Shown: positions 1 through 11,859 of the stretch, in pieces
How positions within the stretch are numbered: the first letter of the stretch is position 1
Layout of the letters: the number at the start of each line of letters is the position of its first letter
Source: an uncultured bacterium
GTDB lineage: Bacteria; Ratteibacteria; UBA8468; B48-G9; JAFGKM01
Assembly (NCBI GenBank): GCA_964413825.1
Contig: CAYPTS010000005.1
Span: 1-51,205 of the forward strand
Length of the DNA stretch: 51,205 nt
Direction: 5' to 3'
Position numbers and translations under genes: made by a program
The notes under the pieces: generated by a model
The model's input: the letters and a program-made list of their open reading frames with translations, nothing else
Told to the model about the DNA's origin: nothing
Database searches by the model: none

Positions 1-2583
1 TTATGTAAAAACAGGGGCGCCGTCCTTGAGGTCTACCTTTACCTTGCCGCCGTCTTTTATTTCACCGGCGAGAACCTTTAAGGCAAGCGGGTTTTCTATC
101 TCTTTCTGTATCAGCCGTTTCAGCGGTCTTGCACCGTAAACTTCATCGTACCCTTTTTCCGCAAGGTATCCCCTGACGGCATCGGTAAGAATTATCTTTA
201 TCTTGCGCTCGTCCAGCCGCTTCTGCAGGTATGCGGTCTGTATGTCCACTATCCTGGTCAGGTCATCCTTTTTCAGCTTGCCGAAGGTGATAATCTCGTC
301 CACCCTGTTGAGAAACTCCGGCCTGAAGGTACTCTTCAGAACTTCAGTAACCTTCTCCTTCATCGCCGCCTCGTCCTTGAACATGGTGATATACTGACTG
401 CCGATGTTTGAGGTCATTATTATGACGGTATTCCTGAAATCTACCGTCCTGCCCTGTCCGTCGGTCATGCGCCCCTCGTCGAGAAGCTGGAGAAGAACGT
501 TGAAAACCTCCATATGCGCTTTTTCTATCTCGTCGAGAAGTATCACACTGTAAGGCCTCCTTCTCACCTTTTCAGTCAACTGCCCGCCCTCTTCGTATCC
601 CACGTATCCGGGAGGCGCACCCAGCAGGCGCGAAACAGAGAACTTTTCGGTATACTCGCTCATGTCAACCCGCACCAGCGCGTTTTCATCGTTAAAAAGT
701 ATCTCCGCAAGAGTTTTCGCAAGTTCGGTCTTGCCCACACCGGTAGGCCCCAGGAAAATGAAAGAACCTATGGGCCTGTTGGGGTCGGAAAGTCCCGCCC
801 TGTTTCTTCTTATCGCGTTGGAGATTGCAACAATCGCCTCGTTCTGCCCGACAACCCTCAACGAAAGACGGTCTTCCATCTTTATGAGTTTTTCAACCTC
901 GCCTTCCAGCATCTTGGATACCGGAATGCCTGTCCATTTGGAAACTATATCCGCTATGTCTTCCTCTGTCACCTCGTCCTTGAGAAGGCCGCCTTCTTTC
1001 GCCTGCGTCTTCTTCAACCTTGCGGTCTCGTCGTCCATTTGTTTCTGCAGGTCAATGAGCGTACCATATTTGTACTCCGCGGCCTTGCCGAGGTTTCCTT
1101 CCCTTTCCGCCTTCTCCACGATGTTTTTCGCGGACTCAATGTCGCCTTTTATTTTCCTGATGCTTTCGACGACTTTCTTTTCTTCAGTCCACTTCGAATG
1201 GAGTTTTTCCCTTTCCTTTTTCAGTCCCTCCAGTTCTTTTTCTATGCGTGCGAGACGTTCTTTCACCTCTGGCCTGGACTCTTTCTTGAGTGCCTGGCGT
1301 TCTATCTCTATCTGCTTTATCCTTCTCTCGGTCTCATCCAGTTCCGCAGGCATGCTGTCAATCTCTATCCTCAACCGGCTCGCCGCCTCGTCGATAAGGT
1401 CTATCGCCTTATCCGGAAGAAATCTTCCGGAGATGTACCTGTGGGAGAGTACCGCAGCGGAAATGAGCGCACTGTCGGTTATTTTTACGCCGTGGTGCAC
1501 CTCGTACCGTTCTTTCAGTCCGCGCAATATTGATATCGACTCCTCAACGGACGGCTCTTTTACGAATACCACCTGAAACCTTCTTTCAAGCGCGCGGTCC
1601 TTTTCTATGTGCTTCCTGTACTCATCCAGCGTGGTTGCACCGATACACTTCAGCGCTCCCCGGGCGAGCGCGGGCTTAAGCATGTTGGAGGCGTCCATCG
1701 CGCCCTCCGCGGCCCCTGCTCCGACAAGCGTATGAAGTTCGTCTATGAAGAGTATGACCTGTCCCTCTTTTCTCTCCAGTTCCTTTAAGAGCGCCTTGAG
1801 GCGGTCTTCAAATTCCCCCCTGTATTTCGTACCCGCAACAAGCGCGCCGAGGTCAAGAACCAGAACGCTTTTATTCTTAAGCCCTTCCGGAACGTCCCCG
1901 GAGACAACCCGCCTTGCAAGTCCCTCGACTATTGCAGTCTTGCCGACGCCGGCCTCTCCTATCAGCACGGGATTGTTCTTGGTCCGCCTTGAAAGAACCT
2001 GTATAACCCTGCGGATTTCCTCATCCCTGCCTATAACCGGGTCGAGTTTCCCCTTGCGTGCGAGGTCGGTAAAATCCCTGGTATATTTTTCAAGCGCCTT
2101 GTATTTGCTCTCCGCATCTTTGTCCGTCACTTTTTCACCGCCCCTTGTCTGCTGTACTATCTTTAGCAGACGCTCTTTAAAAATGTCATATTTTTTAAGA
2201 AGTTCCTGCGCAGGCGACTGTACAGACGCCAGCGCCATAAGCAGGTGTTCAACGCTTACGTACTCGTCTCCCATCTCTTTCGATTCCTTTTGCGCCGCAT
2301 TTAACGCCTGGTTCAACTGCGGGGTAATATAAACGTTTCCCGTAACTCCGGAGCCGGTCACCTGCGGAATCTTTTCCAGCGCCGCAGATATCTCCTTTTT
2401 CAGAGGTTCCGCCTTGATATTCATCTGCTTTAAAATTTCCGATACGGTTTCATCGCTTTCAACCAGCGAATACAGCAGGTGAACGCAGTCAACCGCCTGG
2501 TGGCTCCTTTCTTGAGCGGCGGACTGTGCGCCTATGAGGGATTCCTGCGCCTTGAGCGTAAGTTTTTCGTTAATGTTGTCCAT
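1..2583 (-). CDS. clpB: ATP-dependent chaperone ClpB (AAA+ disaggregase)
   Basis: 860-aa ORF with its stop at bases 1-3. Two Walker A loops ([16 protein letters not shown]), N-terminal Clp repeats and a long coiled-coil middle domain. Confidence 0.95.
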   Translation of the reverse strand: MDNINEKLTLKAQESLIGAQSAAQERSHQAVDCVHLLYSLVESDETVSEILKQMNIKAEPLKKEISAALEKIPQVTGSGVTGNVYITPQLNQALNAAQKESKEMGDEYVSVEHLLMALASVQSPAQELLKKYDIFKERLLKIVQQTRGGEKVTDKDAESKYKALEKYTRDFTDLARKGKLDPVIGRDEEIRRVIQVLSRRTKNNPVLIGEAGVGKTAIVEGLARRVVSGDVPEGLKNKSVLVLDLGALVAGTKYRGEFEDRLKALLKELERKEGQVILFIDELHTLVGAGAAEGAMDASNMLKPALARGALKCIGATTLDEYRKHIEKDRALERRFQVVFVKEPSVEESISILRGLKERYEVHHGVKITDSALISAAVLSHRYISGRFLPDKAIDLIDEAASRLRIEIDSMPAELDETERRIKQIEIERQALKKESRPEVKERLARIEKELEGLKKEREKLHSKWTEEKKVVESIRKIKGDIESAKNIVEKAEREGNLGKAAEYKYGTLIDLQKQMDDETARLKKTQAKEGGLLKDEVTEEDIADIVSKWTGIPVSKMLEGEVEKLIKMEDRLSLRVVGQNEAIVAISNAIRRNRAGLSDPNRPIGSFIFLGPTGVGKTELAKTLAEILFNDENALVRVDMSEYTEKFSVSRLLGAPPGYVGYEEGGQLTEKVRRRPYSVILLDEIEKAHMEVFNVLLQLLDEGRMTDGQGRTVDFRNTVIIMTSNIGSQYITMFKDEAAMKEKVTEVLKSTFRPEFLNRVDEIITFGKLKKDDLTRIVDIQTAYLQKRLDERKIKIILTDAVRGYLAEKGYDEVYGARPLKRLIQKEIENPLALKVLAGEIKDGGKVKVDLKDGAPVFT

Positions 2584-2630
2584 ACTTCTTTAGATGGGCT
2601 ATGCGTTAAAAGGTTACAAAAGGGCTGCTG

Positions 2631-3008
2631 TTATTCGGAAGAGAAGACGCATTCCACCGGGCCGAACCTGATTTTGCTTTTATCGTCGAGAGGATAGGGT
2701 TTCTTAACCTCGAGGCGCGCCTCGCTCACATAGGTGCCGTAGTGGCTTCCGAGACCCTGCGTTCCGATGTCTTCAATATACCAGTTGCTGTCTTCCTTGT
2801 TGAAGGTAAGACGCGCATGAACTCTCGAAACCTTTGTCAGATCGTTAATCAACAGTCTCTGGGCAACAGGGGATATCGCCTTGAACAGTTTATAATCCGG
2901 AATCATGATGTCGTTGGTATTCACCCTGCCCACGTCTATCTTGCTCTTGTTTTCGTCAAGGACATATTCCTTTTCCATGTAAGGATAGTCAAAGATAAGC
3001 TTTGCCAT
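2631..3008 (-). CDS. FHA domain-containing protein
   Basis: Start placed at the internal ATG 3008, with GGAGGAG 6 nt upstream. The 35 upstream ORF codons are a read-through of palindromic repeat A1. FHA-like motifs: VGR..NDI, SRVHARL, WYIEDIG, GTYV. Confidence 0.7.
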   Translation of the reverse strand: MAKLIFDYPYMEKEYVLDENKSKIDVGRVNTNDIMIPDYKLFKAISPVAQRLLINDLTKVSRVHARLTFNKEDSNWYIEDIGTQGLGSHYGTYVSEARLEVKKPYPLDDKSKIRFGPVECVFSSE

Positions 3009-3043
3009 GGTGTTCTCCTCCCTCGCCCCGCTCCGACGCTTTT

Positions 3044-3113
3044 TGTCGTTGCGAGCCGTATTGTGGCGAAGCAATCTCATGAGATTGCTTCGGCTATTGC
3101 CTCGCAATGACAA
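3044..3113. repeat. Family A palindromic element, copy A1
   Basis: tgtcgttgcgag...gcgaagcaatctcat|gagattgcttcg...ctcgcaatgacaa, an imperfect 70-bp palindrome between the lgt stop and the FHA start. Confidence 0.85.
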
Positions 3114-3124
3114 TCAGTGCGAGG

Positions 3125-3868
3125 TTATGATTTATCTTTTTTGCCGAGGATGGAGAAGAGGCTTATTGAACCTGCGACGAACAGCGCTATGCCGATAATC
3201 TGGGTGGGATATAAACCGAGACCCGTGGGTAACAGGTCTCCTCTCAAGATATCAATGATATACCTGATTAGTGCAAAACCCAGAATATAGGACGTGAAAA
3301 CAATGCCCGGTTTAAGCCGCTTCTTATACAAAACCCCCAGGATAAAAAACAGCGCTAAGTATGTTATTAAATAATACAACTGCGTCGGATGAACTTTCTC
3401 AGACAGATACGGGAATCTTACCCCCCAGAAAAACTCCGTTGGTTTCCCGTAACAGCACCCGTTAAGAAAACATCCCAGCCTGCCGATTGCCTGCCCGAGA
3501 GGAACAGGCAACGCCACAATGTCCAGCATTTCATTAAGGTTGAATTTTTTGATTTTTGAGTAAATCTGAAGAAATATAAGAGCGGCTATAACGGCTCCCT
3601 CAACAGCAAGCCCCCCGTTTCTCAAACTTAGTATTTCCAGCGGGCGCCGGCAATAATAGGACATCTGGACTATTATGTGCAGAAACCTGCCCCCTATTAT
3701 CCCCCATACTATGGTCCAGAAAAGAAGTTTCGAAACCAGTTCGGGGGAATACCCGCGCCGGGAAGCGTTATGCTGAACAATCAAACTGCAAACAAAAACC
3801 CCGGCCGCCACGAGTACCCCGTACCAGTATATTACAAAACTCCCAATTTTAAGACATACCGGATGCAT
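3125..3868 (-). CDS. lgt: Prolipoprotein diacylglyceryl transferase
   Basis: 247 aa, multi-TM. Shows YGVLVAAG, GGRFLHI and GRLGCFLNGCCYG motifs and the HPTQLY segment typical of Lgt. Its ATG directly abuts the lspA stop. Confidence 0.9.
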   Translation of the reverse strand: MHPVCLKIGSFVIYWYGVLVAAGVFVCSLIVQHNASRRGYSPELVSKLLFWTIVWGIIGGRFLHIIVQMSYYCRRPLEILSLRNGGLAVEGAVIAALIFLQIYSKIKKFNLNEMLDIVALPVPLGQAIGRLGCFLNGCCYGKPTEFFWGVRFPYLSEKVHPTQLYYLITYLALFFILGVLYKKRLKPGIVFTSYILGFALIRYIIDILRGDLLPTGLGLYPTQIIGIALFVAGSISLFSILGKKDKS

Positions 3869-4432
3869 TTATCCCTTTTCCCCTCTTTCTTCACCCCCAC
3901 CGCACCCAGCCTTCGGCTGCGTGTCTGCCTCCCCCCTCAAAGGGGGAGGCGAACAATGTAGACAGTTCTGTGGTGAGGGGTTTCTGTTTTTAATCTGCTT
4001 CAGAAAAATAAGCCCTATGCCGGAAACAATGAAGACATCCGCCAGGTTGAATACCGGCCACACGTGGAAATTTATAAAATCTATAACGGCGCCTGTCGTT
4101 ATCCTGTCAATAAGATTGCCCGTGATGCCGCCCTCAATCAAACCGAGAGCCGCCGCTGTCGGACGGCTGTTTCCGGCGAACCTGTGGAAATAAACCAGTA
4201 TTGCCGCGGCAATAACAAAGGACGCGGCGATTATGGGAATTTTTATGTCTACGGCGCTCAACACGCCGAAACATATTCCCGTATTCCTTACAAGCGTTAG
4301 AGAAAAAAATCTGAATACGTTTAAGGAGGCGTCTTCTTTTAAAAAATCAAGCATCCAGTACTTGGATAGCCGGTCTGCAACCACCGACAGCAAAGCCGCA
4401 AGATAAAAAATCCTTAGATTTTTACCCTCCAC
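3869..4432 (-). CDS. lspA: Lipoprotein signal peptidase (signal peptidase II) with a repeat-derived C-terminal tail
   Basis: Motifs DRLSKYW, NTGICFG, NLIDR, VIDFINF and FNLADVFI. The last ~33 aa (QNCLHCSPPPLRGEADTQPKAGCGGGEERGEKG) are encoded by GC-rich repeat B1. Confidence 0.85.
   Translation of the reverse strand: MEGKNLRIFYLAALLSVVADRLSKYWMLDFLKEDASLNVFRFFSLTLVRNTGICFGVLSAVDIKIPIIAASFVIAAAILVYFHRFAGNSRPTAAALGLIEGGITGNLIDRITTGAVIDFINFHVWPVFNLADVFIVSGIGLIFLKQIKNRNPSPQNCLHCSPPPLRGEADTQPKAGCGGGEERGEKG
3872..3952. repeat. Family B-like GC-rich hairpin cluster B1 (degenerate), inside the lspA 3' end
   Basis: Hairpins 3907-3919 (cagcc-ttc-ggctg) and 3928-3949 (cctccccc...gggggagg). Translated as the lspA tail. 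Confidence 0.55.
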
Positions 4433-4793
4433 TTTTTTCTTTCTCGTTCTGGCATTTTATACAAAATCTCGCATACGGAAGAGCTTTCAAGCGCGATTCA
4501 GGAATTTTCTTTCCGCATTCCTCGCAGGTCCCGTACTTGTTTTTCTCTATCTTCTCTATCGCCTTGTCTATTTTGTCGAGAATTTTTCTTTCGGCATCGG
4601 AAATATCTATGTCCAATCCTTTTTCAAATTCATCCGTGCCATGGTCGGCTATATGGGTGGGAATGCCCTTCTCGCCTTTGCCTATACCTTCCTTCAGGTA
4701 TCCGAGATTGCTGTAGATTCTCTCTTTTTCCTTGTTTAGCAACTCCAGATAGCGTTTCTTTTCTTTCCTGTCCATATCAACCTTCCTCCTCAT
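4422..4793 (-). CDS. DksA/TraR family C4-type zinc-finger protein
   Basis: Four-Cys finger CEECGKK...CIKC after a helical N-terminus. ATGA overlap with the gyrA stop. An alternative ATG at 4775 is preceded by AGGAGG. Confidence 0.75.
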   Translation of the reverse strand: MRRKVDMDRKEKKRYLELLNKEKERIYSNLGYLKEGIGKGEKGIPTHIADHGTDEFEKGLDIDISDAERKILDKIDKAIEKIEKNKYGTCEECGKKIPESRLKALPYARFCIKCQNEKEKSGG

Positions 4794-7237
4794 GCTTGCG
4801 GCTCTATTTCTTCCTTTACCACAAGCGCCATATCCACAATAGTATCGCCCGCAGAGAGATTGATAAGTTTAACGCCCTGCGTATTCCTTCCTACCGCCCT
4901 GGCATCTTCAGCATTCATCCTGATAACCACGCCCGCCTTGGTGATAAGCATTATCTCGTCTCCGGGTTTTACCGCCTTAATCCCGACCACGTAGCCGTTG
5001 CGGCCTCCGGTCTGGATGTCTATGATGCCCTTGCCGCCCCTGTGCTGTTTCCTGTAGCGGTAAATCATCGTTCTCTTGCCAAACCCTTTGCTGGTCGATG
5101 TAAACAGGGATTTTTCCTTTTCTTCCTCATTGAAAATCTCGCATCCGACAACCTCGTCTTCTTTCTTCTTGAACCTTATTCCTATAACCCCGATGGAAAC
5201 CCTTCCCACCGTGGAGATTTCTTTCTCGGAAAACCTTATGCCCAGGCCGTATTTTGTACTTAAAACCACGTCCTGACTGCCGTCGGTCAGCCGAACCTCT
5301 ATCAGTTTATCGTCTTCCCTGAGATTAATTCCCTTTATGCCGCCTTTTCTCGGCCTGCTGTAAGCGTTTAACGCAGTCTTCTTGACTATGCCGTTTTTGG
5401 TCAGCATGAGAAGAAACTTGTCTTCGGCAAACTCGCTTACCGGAATAACCGCGGCTATCCGCTCTCCGGCGTCTATCCTCAGAAGATTGACTATCGGCTT
5501 GCCCTTGGCATTCCGTCCCGCATCCGGTATGAGATATCCCCTCAGCCAGTGCACCGTGCCCTTTTCAGTGAAAAACAGTATCGTGTCGACCGTAGAGCAT
5601 ATGAACAGATGCTTCACGTAGTCTTCTTCTTTTGTCTTTACGCCTATAAGCCCTTTGCCGCCGCGGCGCTGACGCCTGTACAGGTCGAGAGAACTTCTTT
5701 TGATGTACCCTTCCGAAGAAACTACCACCATGATATCCTCGGGATGCACCAGGTCCAGTTCGTCAAAATCCTCGACCGAGCCGACTATTTCCGTCCGCCT
5801 TTTATCCCCGAATTTTTTCTTTATATCGGCAAGTTCGCCCTTTATGATGGCCTTCACTTTCTCCGGATTGGACAGTATCTCTTTGAGTTCTTTTATGGTT
5901 TGCTTGAGTTCTTCTTTCTCCTGGAGTATCTTTTCCCGCTCCAAGCCGGTCAGTCTTGCCAGAGGCATCGCAAGAACCGCCTGCGCCTGCTTTTCGCTCA
6001 TCTTGAACTTCGCCATCAACGAACCGCGCGCCTCGTCCACATTCTTGGATTCCCTGATAAGTTTTATCACCCTGTCAAGATTGTCCAACGCTATAATGAG
6101 ACCTGAAACAATGTGGTCCCTGTCTTCCGCCTTGCGCAGGTCAAACGCGGCGCGTCTCAAAACTATTTCCTTCCTGTGGTCAAGAAACAGCTGCAGCAAC
6201 TGTTTTATATTCAGGAGTCTCGGCTGCTGGTTTGTAAGCGCAAGATTGATGATGCCGAAGGAGGTCTGCAGCTGGGTATACTTATACAACTGGTTGATTA
6301 TTATGTCCGAATTCTCTCCCCTCTTAACCTCGAGAACCACGCGCATGCCTTCCTTGTCCGACTCGTCCCTTACTTCGCTTATGCCGCTTATCTTGCTTTC
6401 CCCTATGAGATTGGCTATCTGTTCTACAAGCCGCGCCTTATTTACCTCGTAGGGAAGTTCCTTTATGACGATAGTCTCCCTTTTCTTGTCTTCCTCAACC
6501 TCGACCCTGCCCCGCACCGTAATTATTCCCTTGCCGGTGGTATACGCGCTCCTGATGCCGTCGCGGCCGCAGATAGTTGCGCCCGTAGGAAAATCCGGCC
6601 CGGGCAGAATCTGCATAATGTCTTCTATAGTTATGCCGGGGTTGTCAATAAGTTTTACCAGCGCATCCACGACCTCGGTCAGGTTATGGGGCGGCATGTT
6701 TGTCGCCATGCCCACCGCTATTCCGGAAGAACCGTTAATCAAAAGATTCGGCACGCGGCTGGGCAGTACAACCGGCTCCTGCAGGGACTCGTCGAAATTC
6801 GGCATGAAGTCCACGGTGTCTTTTTCAATGTCAGCCAGCATCTCCATTGCGATGGGGGTAAGACGCGCTTCGGTATACCTCATGGCCGCGGGCGGGTCTC
6901 CGTCAATCGAGCCGAAGTTTCCCTGTCCGTTGACCAGCGGGTACCTCAACGAAAACTCCTGCGTCATCCTTGCTATGGATTCGTATATCGCCGCATCCCC
7001 GTGGGGATGGTATTTGCCCATTACTTCTCCGACAATCCTTGCGGACTTTTTAAACGGTTTGCCGGGTTCAACGCCCAGTTCAAGCATTCCGTAAAGAATT
7101 CTCCTGTGGACCGGCTTAAGCCCGTCCCTCGAATCGGGAAGTGCCCTGCCTACAATGACGCTCATGGCATAGTCAATGTACGAGCCTTTCATCTCCTCTT
7201 CTACGCCTACCGGTACTATTCTTTCCTCTTCTCCCAT
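4790..7237 (-). CDS. gyrA: DNA gyrase subunit A
   Basis: 815 aa. Has [18 protein letters not shown], the active-site AAMRYTE motif and C-terminal beta-pinwheel repeats. Confidence 0.97.
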   Translation of the reverse strand: MGEEERIVPVGVEEEMKGSYIDYAMSVIVGRALPDSRDGLKPVHRRILYGMLELGVEPGKPFKKSARIVGEVMGKYHPHGDAAIYESIARMTQEFSLRYPLVNGQGNFGSIDGDPPAAMRYTEARLTPIAMEMLADIEKDTVDFMPNFDESLQEPVVLPSRVPNLLINGSSGIAVGMATNMPPHNLTEVVDALVKLIDNPGITIEDIMQILPGPDFPTGATICGRDGIRSAYTTGKGIITVRGRVEVEEDKKRETIVIKELPYEVNKARLVEQIANLIGESKISGISEVRDESDKEGMRVVLEVKRGENSDIIINQLYKYTQLQTSFGIINLALTNQQPRLLNIKQLLQLFLDHRKEIVLRRAAFDLRKAEDRDHIVSGLIIALDNLDRVIKLIRESKNVDEARGSLMAKFKMSEKQAQAVLAMPLARLTGLEREKILQEKEELKQTIKELKEILSNPEKVKAIIKGELADIKKKFGDKRRTEIVGSVEDFDELDLVHPEDIMVVVSSEGYIKRSSLDLYRRQRRGGKGLIGVKTKEEDYVKHLFICSTVDTILFFTEKGTVHWLRGYLIPDAGRNAKGKPIVNLLRIDAGERIAAVIPVSEFAEDKFLLMLTKNGIVKKTALNAYSRPRKGGIKGINLREDDKLIEVRLTDGSQDVVLSTKYGLGIRFSEKEISTVGRVSIGVIGIRFKKKEDEVVGCEIFNEEEKEKSLFTSTSKGFGKRTMIYRYRKQHRGGKGIIDIQTGGRNGYVVGIKAVKPGDEIMLITKAGVVIRMNAEDARAVGRNTQGVKLINLSAGDTIVDMALVVKEEIEPQA

Positions 7238-7249
7238 TCTTCTTTCTCC

Positions 7250-9625
7250 TCAGATATCAAGATTTTTGACTTCTTTGGCAAACTTCTCTATAAAATCCCT
7301 TCTCGGCTCCACGGCTTCACCCATAAGGATGGTAAATATCTCCTCGGCCTTGACCACGTCCTCAAGAGTAACTCTTTTCATCCTTCTGGTATTTGGGTCC
7401 ATCGTGGTCTCCCACAACTGCAGAGGGTTCATCTCCCCGAGACCTTTGTACCTTTGAACCGACAGCCCCTTCTTGCCCTTGTTTTTCAGGGTTTCGTACA
7501 AATCGATGAAACTGTATTTCTCCTGCCTGTTTTCACCGTCTTCCATGATAAAAATCTCGTCCGACGGCAGTTCCACGTCTACGCTGTTCTCTTCAAGACG
7601 TTTCAGTATCTTTTCAATGTCTCTCGCTTCGTAAATCTCGATTAACTTGTAGTTTTTATCACCGTTGGAGAAAAGGTCCACCTGGTCCTTGTTCTGTTTC
7701 TCCATAAACATGGAGAGTTCCTTATCCGTAGGGAAAAACTCTTCTTTCTCCCCGTATTTCATCCAGTACATGGGAACAATTCCCTTCGCCTTGCGGTACT
7801 TAAAGATTTTTCCCAGGTCGAGCCCCTTGTTTTCCAGACTCTGCTTGATTTCATTGAGCCGCTTGCTCAAAGTTGCCAGCTTCACCGCGCTGTCGCTTCC
7901 CGCAGGTTCCGGCTTCCCCTTCTTCTGCACCATGAGTGAAACGTTTTCTCTTGCCATCTGGATGAGCATCTTGTCCATCTCGGCTTCGGTATCCACATAT
8001 GACTCTTTTTTTCCTTTTTTAACCTTGTAAAGCGGCGGCTGGGCAATGTAAACGTAACCCTGCTTGATAAGTTCGGTCATCTGCCTGTAAAAGAATGTGA
8101 GAAGAAGCGTCCTGATGTGCGCACCGTCAACGTCGGCGTCCGCCATGATAATAATTTTTCTGTATCTGGTTTTCGATACGTCAAAATCCTCTCCGACTCC
8201 CCCGCCTATGGCGCCTATCATCATCTTCACTTCTTCGTTGTTGAGCACCTTTTCAAGTGGCGCCTTCTCCGCATTGATAATCTTGCCTCTCAAAGGCAGT
8301 ATCGCCTGAAAAAACCTGTCTCTGCCCTGCTTCGCGCTGCCTCCGGCGGAATCTCCCTCAACTATGAAAATCTCCCGCTGTGCCGGGTCCTTCACCGTGC
8401 AGTCGGCAAGTTTTCCTGGCAGGGCGCCTGTTTCGGAAAGTTTCTTTCTGGTAAGTTCGCGCGCCTTCCTCGCCGCATCCCGCGCCTTGGCGGTCATCAC
8501 GCACTTGTTGATTATCTCCCTGGCCGGCTCCGGATTTTCTTCAAGAAATGTAACCACCTGCTCTGAGGTTATTCCTTCCACGAGAAACCTTATCTTGGAA
8601 TTGCCCAGTTTGGTTTTTGTCTGCCCTTCAAACTGCGGCTCCGCTATTTTTACGCTTATAACCGCCGTGAGACCTTCCCTGATATCCTCTCCCGCAAGCG
8701 GCTTGTCGGTCAGAAACCCGTTGTTCTTGCCGTATTCGTTTATAGCGCGGGTGAGTCCGCCTCTGAACCCGGCGATATGGGTTCCGCCTTCTTTGGTATT
8801 GACGTTATTGGCGAAGGAAAGCACCGTTTCGCTGTACCCGTCGTTATACTGGAAAGCCACCTCGACCTCGCCCTCTTCCGCTTCCTTTTTAAAGTAAAGC
8901 GGCGCGGGAAAAAGAACCTTCTTGTTCTTGTTCAGATGCTCCACGAAAGAAACCAGCCCGCCGTCATACCTGTATTCCTCTTTCAGGCTCTTTCTTTCGT
9001 CTTCGAAAACTATCTTCACGCCGGCGTTCAGGAACGCCAGTTCCTTGACCCGCCCGGCAAGTATCCCGTCGTCAAATTCCTTCGTCTCAAAAATATCCTC
9101 ATCCGGCTTGAAGGTAACCTTGGTACCGGTGGTCTTTGTCTTGCCGATAGCAGTAAGTTCGGTAACCGGCTTGCCCCGCTCGTATCTCTGATGATAAACC
9201 TTGCCGTCTCTTTTAACCTCCACTTCCAGCCATTCAGAAAGCGCATTTACAACCGAGACTCCCACGCCGTGCAGTCCGCCGGACACCCGGTAGGCCTTCT
9301 TGTCGAACTTGCCTCCGGCGTGAAGCACCGTCAGAATGACCTCCACGGCAGGCCTTTTCTCCGTTTTGTGTATATCCACGGGGATGCCCCTGCCGTTATC
9401 CGACACCGTAACGGTATTGTCCGCATGCACGACAACGCTGATTTCACTGCAATGCCCTGCCATCGCTTCGTCTATACTGTTGTCTATGACCTCGTATACA
9501 AGGTGATGCAGACCGGAGATGGCAGTGTCCCCGATGTACATGGCCGGTCTTTTTCTTACCGCCTCAATCCCGCCCAGTACCTGTATAGTCGTCGCATCAT
9601 ATTTCTGCGTGCTTCTGTTATCCAT
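7250..9625 (-). CDS. gyrB: DNA gyrase subunit B
   Basis: GHKL ATPase and TOPRIM motifs ([32 protein letters not shown]). ATG 9625 is preferred, with GGGAGAG 8 nt upstream. The ORF track start at 9634 is a GTG. Confidence 0.95.
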   Translation of the reverse strand: MDNRSTQKYDATTIQVLGGIEAVRKRPAMYIGDTAISGLHHLVYEVIDNSIDEAMAGHCSEISVVVHADNTVTVSDNGRGIPVDIHKTEKRPAVEVILTVLHAGGKFDKKAYRVSGGLHGVGVSVVNALSEWLEVEVKRDGKVYHQRYERGKPVTELTAIGKTKTTGTKVTFKPDEDIFETKEFDDGILAGRVKELAFLNAGVKIVFEDERKSLKEEYRYDGGLVSFVEHLNKNKKVLFPAPLYFKKEAEEGEVEVAFQYNDGYSETVLSFANNVNTKEGGTHIAGFRGGLTRAINEYGKNNGFLTDKPLAGEDIREGLTAVISVKIAEPQFEGQTKTKLGNSKIRFLVEGITSEQVVTFLEENPEPAREIINKCVMTAKARDAARKARELTRKKLSETGALPGKLADCTVKDPAQREIFIVEGDSAGGSAKQGRDRFFQAILPLRGKIINAEKAPLEKVLNNEEVKMMIGAIGGGVGEDFDVSKTRYRKIIIMADADVDGAHIRTLLLTFFYRQMTELIKQGYVYIAQPPLYKVKKGKKESYVDTEAEMDKMLIQMARENVSLMVQKKGKPEPAGSDSAVKLATLSKRLNEIKQSLENKGLDLGKIFKYRKAKGIVPMYWMKYGEKEEFFPTDKELSMFMEKQNKDQVDLFSNGDKNYKLIEIYEARDIEKILKRLEENSVDVELPSDEIFIMEDGENRQEKYSFIDLYETLKNKGKKGLSVQRYKGLGEMNPLQLWETTMDPNTRRMKRVTLEDVVKAEEIFTILMGEAVEPRRDFIEKFAKEVKNLDI

Positions 9626-9662
9626 TTTTACCACTCTCCCGATAGTTTAAGATAAACATTCT

Positions 9663-9691
9663 ATAATATCCTTTTTTCCCGCTCATGTCAA
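9663..9691 (-). promoter_or_regulatory. Sigma70-like promoter upstream of gyrB
   Basis: On the minus strand: TTGACA (9691-9686), 17-nt spacer, TATTAT (9668-9663). Confidence 0.5.
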
Positions 9692-9791
9692 ACCCTTTCT
9701 GAAGAGGGAGTTCTCTGTATTTGAATGCTCTTTACAGGTGTGTAAAACTGAGCGATGGAAATCCTGAAAGGTGAAATGACCTGCAAAAGCA

Positions 9792-10868
9792 TTATTTTTG
9801 ACGAACGTCTTCTACATCTACAGGTTGGCCTGTCTTTGTGGATTGGTAACACATCTCAATCATACCTGTGACGGCAACGGTATCATCCAGAGTAATCAGA
9901 GGTTGTCGATGGTTTTTCACGGAGTCGACAAAATCATTTACATACAGTTGTACAATAGACTCTTCACAATGTTCCAATTGATAACCCGGAGCGAATGGAT
10001 ATTGCAGTGTTTCAACATCAGGATATACGATAATGCGTTCCCCAAGACCGTCATTGATAGCAAACATCCCTGCATTTCCTATAACCTCACACCTGATATC
10101 TGCTTCGGGGATTGTTGCCGTCGCTGTTCGTCCAACCACCAATGTCCCTATGCCTCCTCCTTCAAATATAATAGAAGCGACAGCAAAATCTTCTGTTTCA
10201 TTCTCCCTGTACGAAGAATAGAAACAACTGCCTCTTCCGGCAAAAACAGATTTCACTTCGCAGCGGAAGAATTTCCTTAGAGCAAGCAATCCATAGGGAC
10301 CAAAATTAATTAGTTCCCCGGTTTCGCCTTTCGGGTTCATAAATTTTCTTGCCAGATACATGAAATGAGCAACCAGCGGTTGACCTATCTTCCCTTCGTC
10401 TATAATTTTTGCAGCAAGGCGAAACGGCCGGCCGAAGACCGGAAGAGGAACATCCCATGTGAAATTGATTTTTGTGCGCCGGACGGTTTGCGCCATGCGT
10501 TTTACCCGGGCAAAATCAGTACCGGCCGGTTTTTCACACATGATATGCACACCCTTTTCTGCAATGTTTTCCACGACATCCGGATTGTCTGCAGCGGGAA
10601 CTGCTATGGAAGCAACATCTACTTTATGGTGGCGGAATACCTTATGATAATCATTGTAGATAGGTACGCTGTCTCTCTTGCGGTTGATATAGTCGAAAAA
10701 ACCCTTAATGCGCTTATCTTGTTCTTCATCCGGTAATCCGGGATATGTACTGACAGCAACCAGTTCCGTATCCGGATGCATCGCAAGAACTCCTCCATAA
10801 CCAGATTGATGGCCGGTCATGCCGATAATTGCTGCTTTTAACTTAGAAGACATAAGATACCTTTTCAC
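9792..10868 (-). CDS. Gfo/Idh/MocA family oxidoreductase
   Basis: 358 aa with an N-terminal Rossmann segment AAIIGMTG and an EKP motif (HIMCEKP). An alternative ATG at 10853 would reduce the overlap with the upstream gene. Confidence 0.75.
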   Translation of the reverse strand: MKRYLMSSKLKAAIIGMTGHQSGYGGVLAMHPDTELVAVSTYPGLPDEEQDKRIKGFFDYINRKRDSVPIYNDYHKVFRHHKVDVASIAVPAADNPDVVENIAEKGVHIMCEKPAGTDFARVKRMAQTVRRTKINFTWDVPLPVFGRPFRLAAKIIDEGKIGQPLVAHFMYLARKFMNPKGETGELINFGPYGLLALRKFFRCEVKSVFAGRGSCFYSSYRENETEDFAVASIIFEGGGIGTLVVGRTATATIPEADIRCEVIGNAGMFAINDGLGERIIVYPDVETLQYPFAPGYQLEHCEESIVQLYVNDFVDSVKNHRQPLITLDDTVAVTGMIEMCYQSTKTGQPVDVEDVRQK

Positions 10869-11859
10869 ACCGGTTGTTCTTTAACGACTCGATTGCGGTA
10901 AGAATAGCCGACAGAACATTGCCGGAAAAGCGTATTGGAATTTCCACTCTACGATTATTAATTATTGAATCTATGAACGAGGCGATTTCCGCTGCAAACG
11001 GATTTGAGCCCGGGCTTGAGGATAGGGGATAGATGGTATAACCTTCACGTGTATATGCGTACATGCCGGAAGCCGCTGAATTGTAGCATATTGTCCCTTT
11101 TGTCCCCACCACATAAAAGTCGGTTTTTCCCGGAAAGTTGGGAAAGTTCATTATCCGGTTTTCTTCTGTTATGGCCGTTCGCCCGTTAGTGAACTCCATC
11201 TGTACGGAAAAATACTCATAGAGAGGTATTTCATTCCGCCCGTTGTGCCCGATAGCATATACTGTACCGGGCAGTTCGCCAAAAAGCCAGCATGCCATAT
11301 CTACGCTGTGCATACCGTTGTGCAGAAGGAGAAAATGCGGACTATCAGCGTAACGTTGAACATATGGATTCTCCGGTGTCCAGTTATTGCCGCCTGCCCC
11401 TATGAGTATCCGCGCAAAAACGGGTTCGCCGATTCTGCCTGCGTGCACGATATCAGCTATCTTGCGGATACGAGGAACGTGACGGCATGACTGGGCACAC
11501 ATTATTTTGATATTATTTTTTTCCGCTGTCTCGATCATAAGCCGTGCATCCTCAATGGTAGTAGCCAAAGGTTTTTCAACCAACACATGTTTCCCGCGGC
11601 GGGCGGCAGCCACGGCAATCTCGCAATGCACTTCGTCCGATGCGGCAATATCCACCATCTGGATGCCAGGCTCTTCGATGAGTCTGCGGTAATCATAGTA
11701 AGGTTTTGCGCCATACTCCCGGGCCAGCATATCCGCTTTCTCCCGAACGATGTCACAGACACCTGCCAAGACAGCCTGTGCATTTGCGGCAATTCCCAAA
11801 GCATGCTGGGTTGCAACGCCACTGGCTCCGATAAGACCAACACCTATTTTACTGCTCAT
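10843..11859 (-). CDS. Gfo/Idh/MocA family oxidoreductase
   Basis: 338 aa with IGVGLIGASG (Rossmann), VLVEKPLA and a typical C-terminal alpha/beta domain. Confidence 0.8.
   Translation of the reverse strand: MSSKIGVGLIGASGVATQHALGIAANAQAVLAGVCDIVREKADMLAREYGAKPYYDYRRLIEEPGIQMVDIAASDEVHCEIAVAAARRGKHVLVEKPLATTIEDARLMIETAEKNNIKIMCAQSCRHVPRIRKIADIVHAGRIGEPVFARILIGAGGNNWTPENPYVQRYADSPHFLLLHNGMHSVDMACWLFGELPGTVYAIGHNGRNEIPLYEYFSVQMEFTNGRTAITEENRIMNFPNFPGKTDFYVVGTKGTICYNSAASGMYAYTREGYTIYPLSSSPGSNPFAAEIASFIDSIINNRRVEIPIRFSGNVLSAILTAIESLKNNRCEKVSYVF

Noticed and set aside
6113-7645. A 510-aa + strand ORF, and many other 60-340-aa ORFs antisense to clpB, gyrA, gyrB, purL, ileS, mnmA and others.
   Set aside because: These are shadow ORFs opposite strongly supported long genes. 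They have biased, low-complexity composition and no motifs.
9635-9791. A replication origin next to gyrB.
   Set aside because: No cluster of TTATCCACA-like DnaA boxes is visible, there is no AT-rich unwinding element, and dnaA/dnaN are not adjacent. The region is explained by a promoter and the end of the upstream operon.
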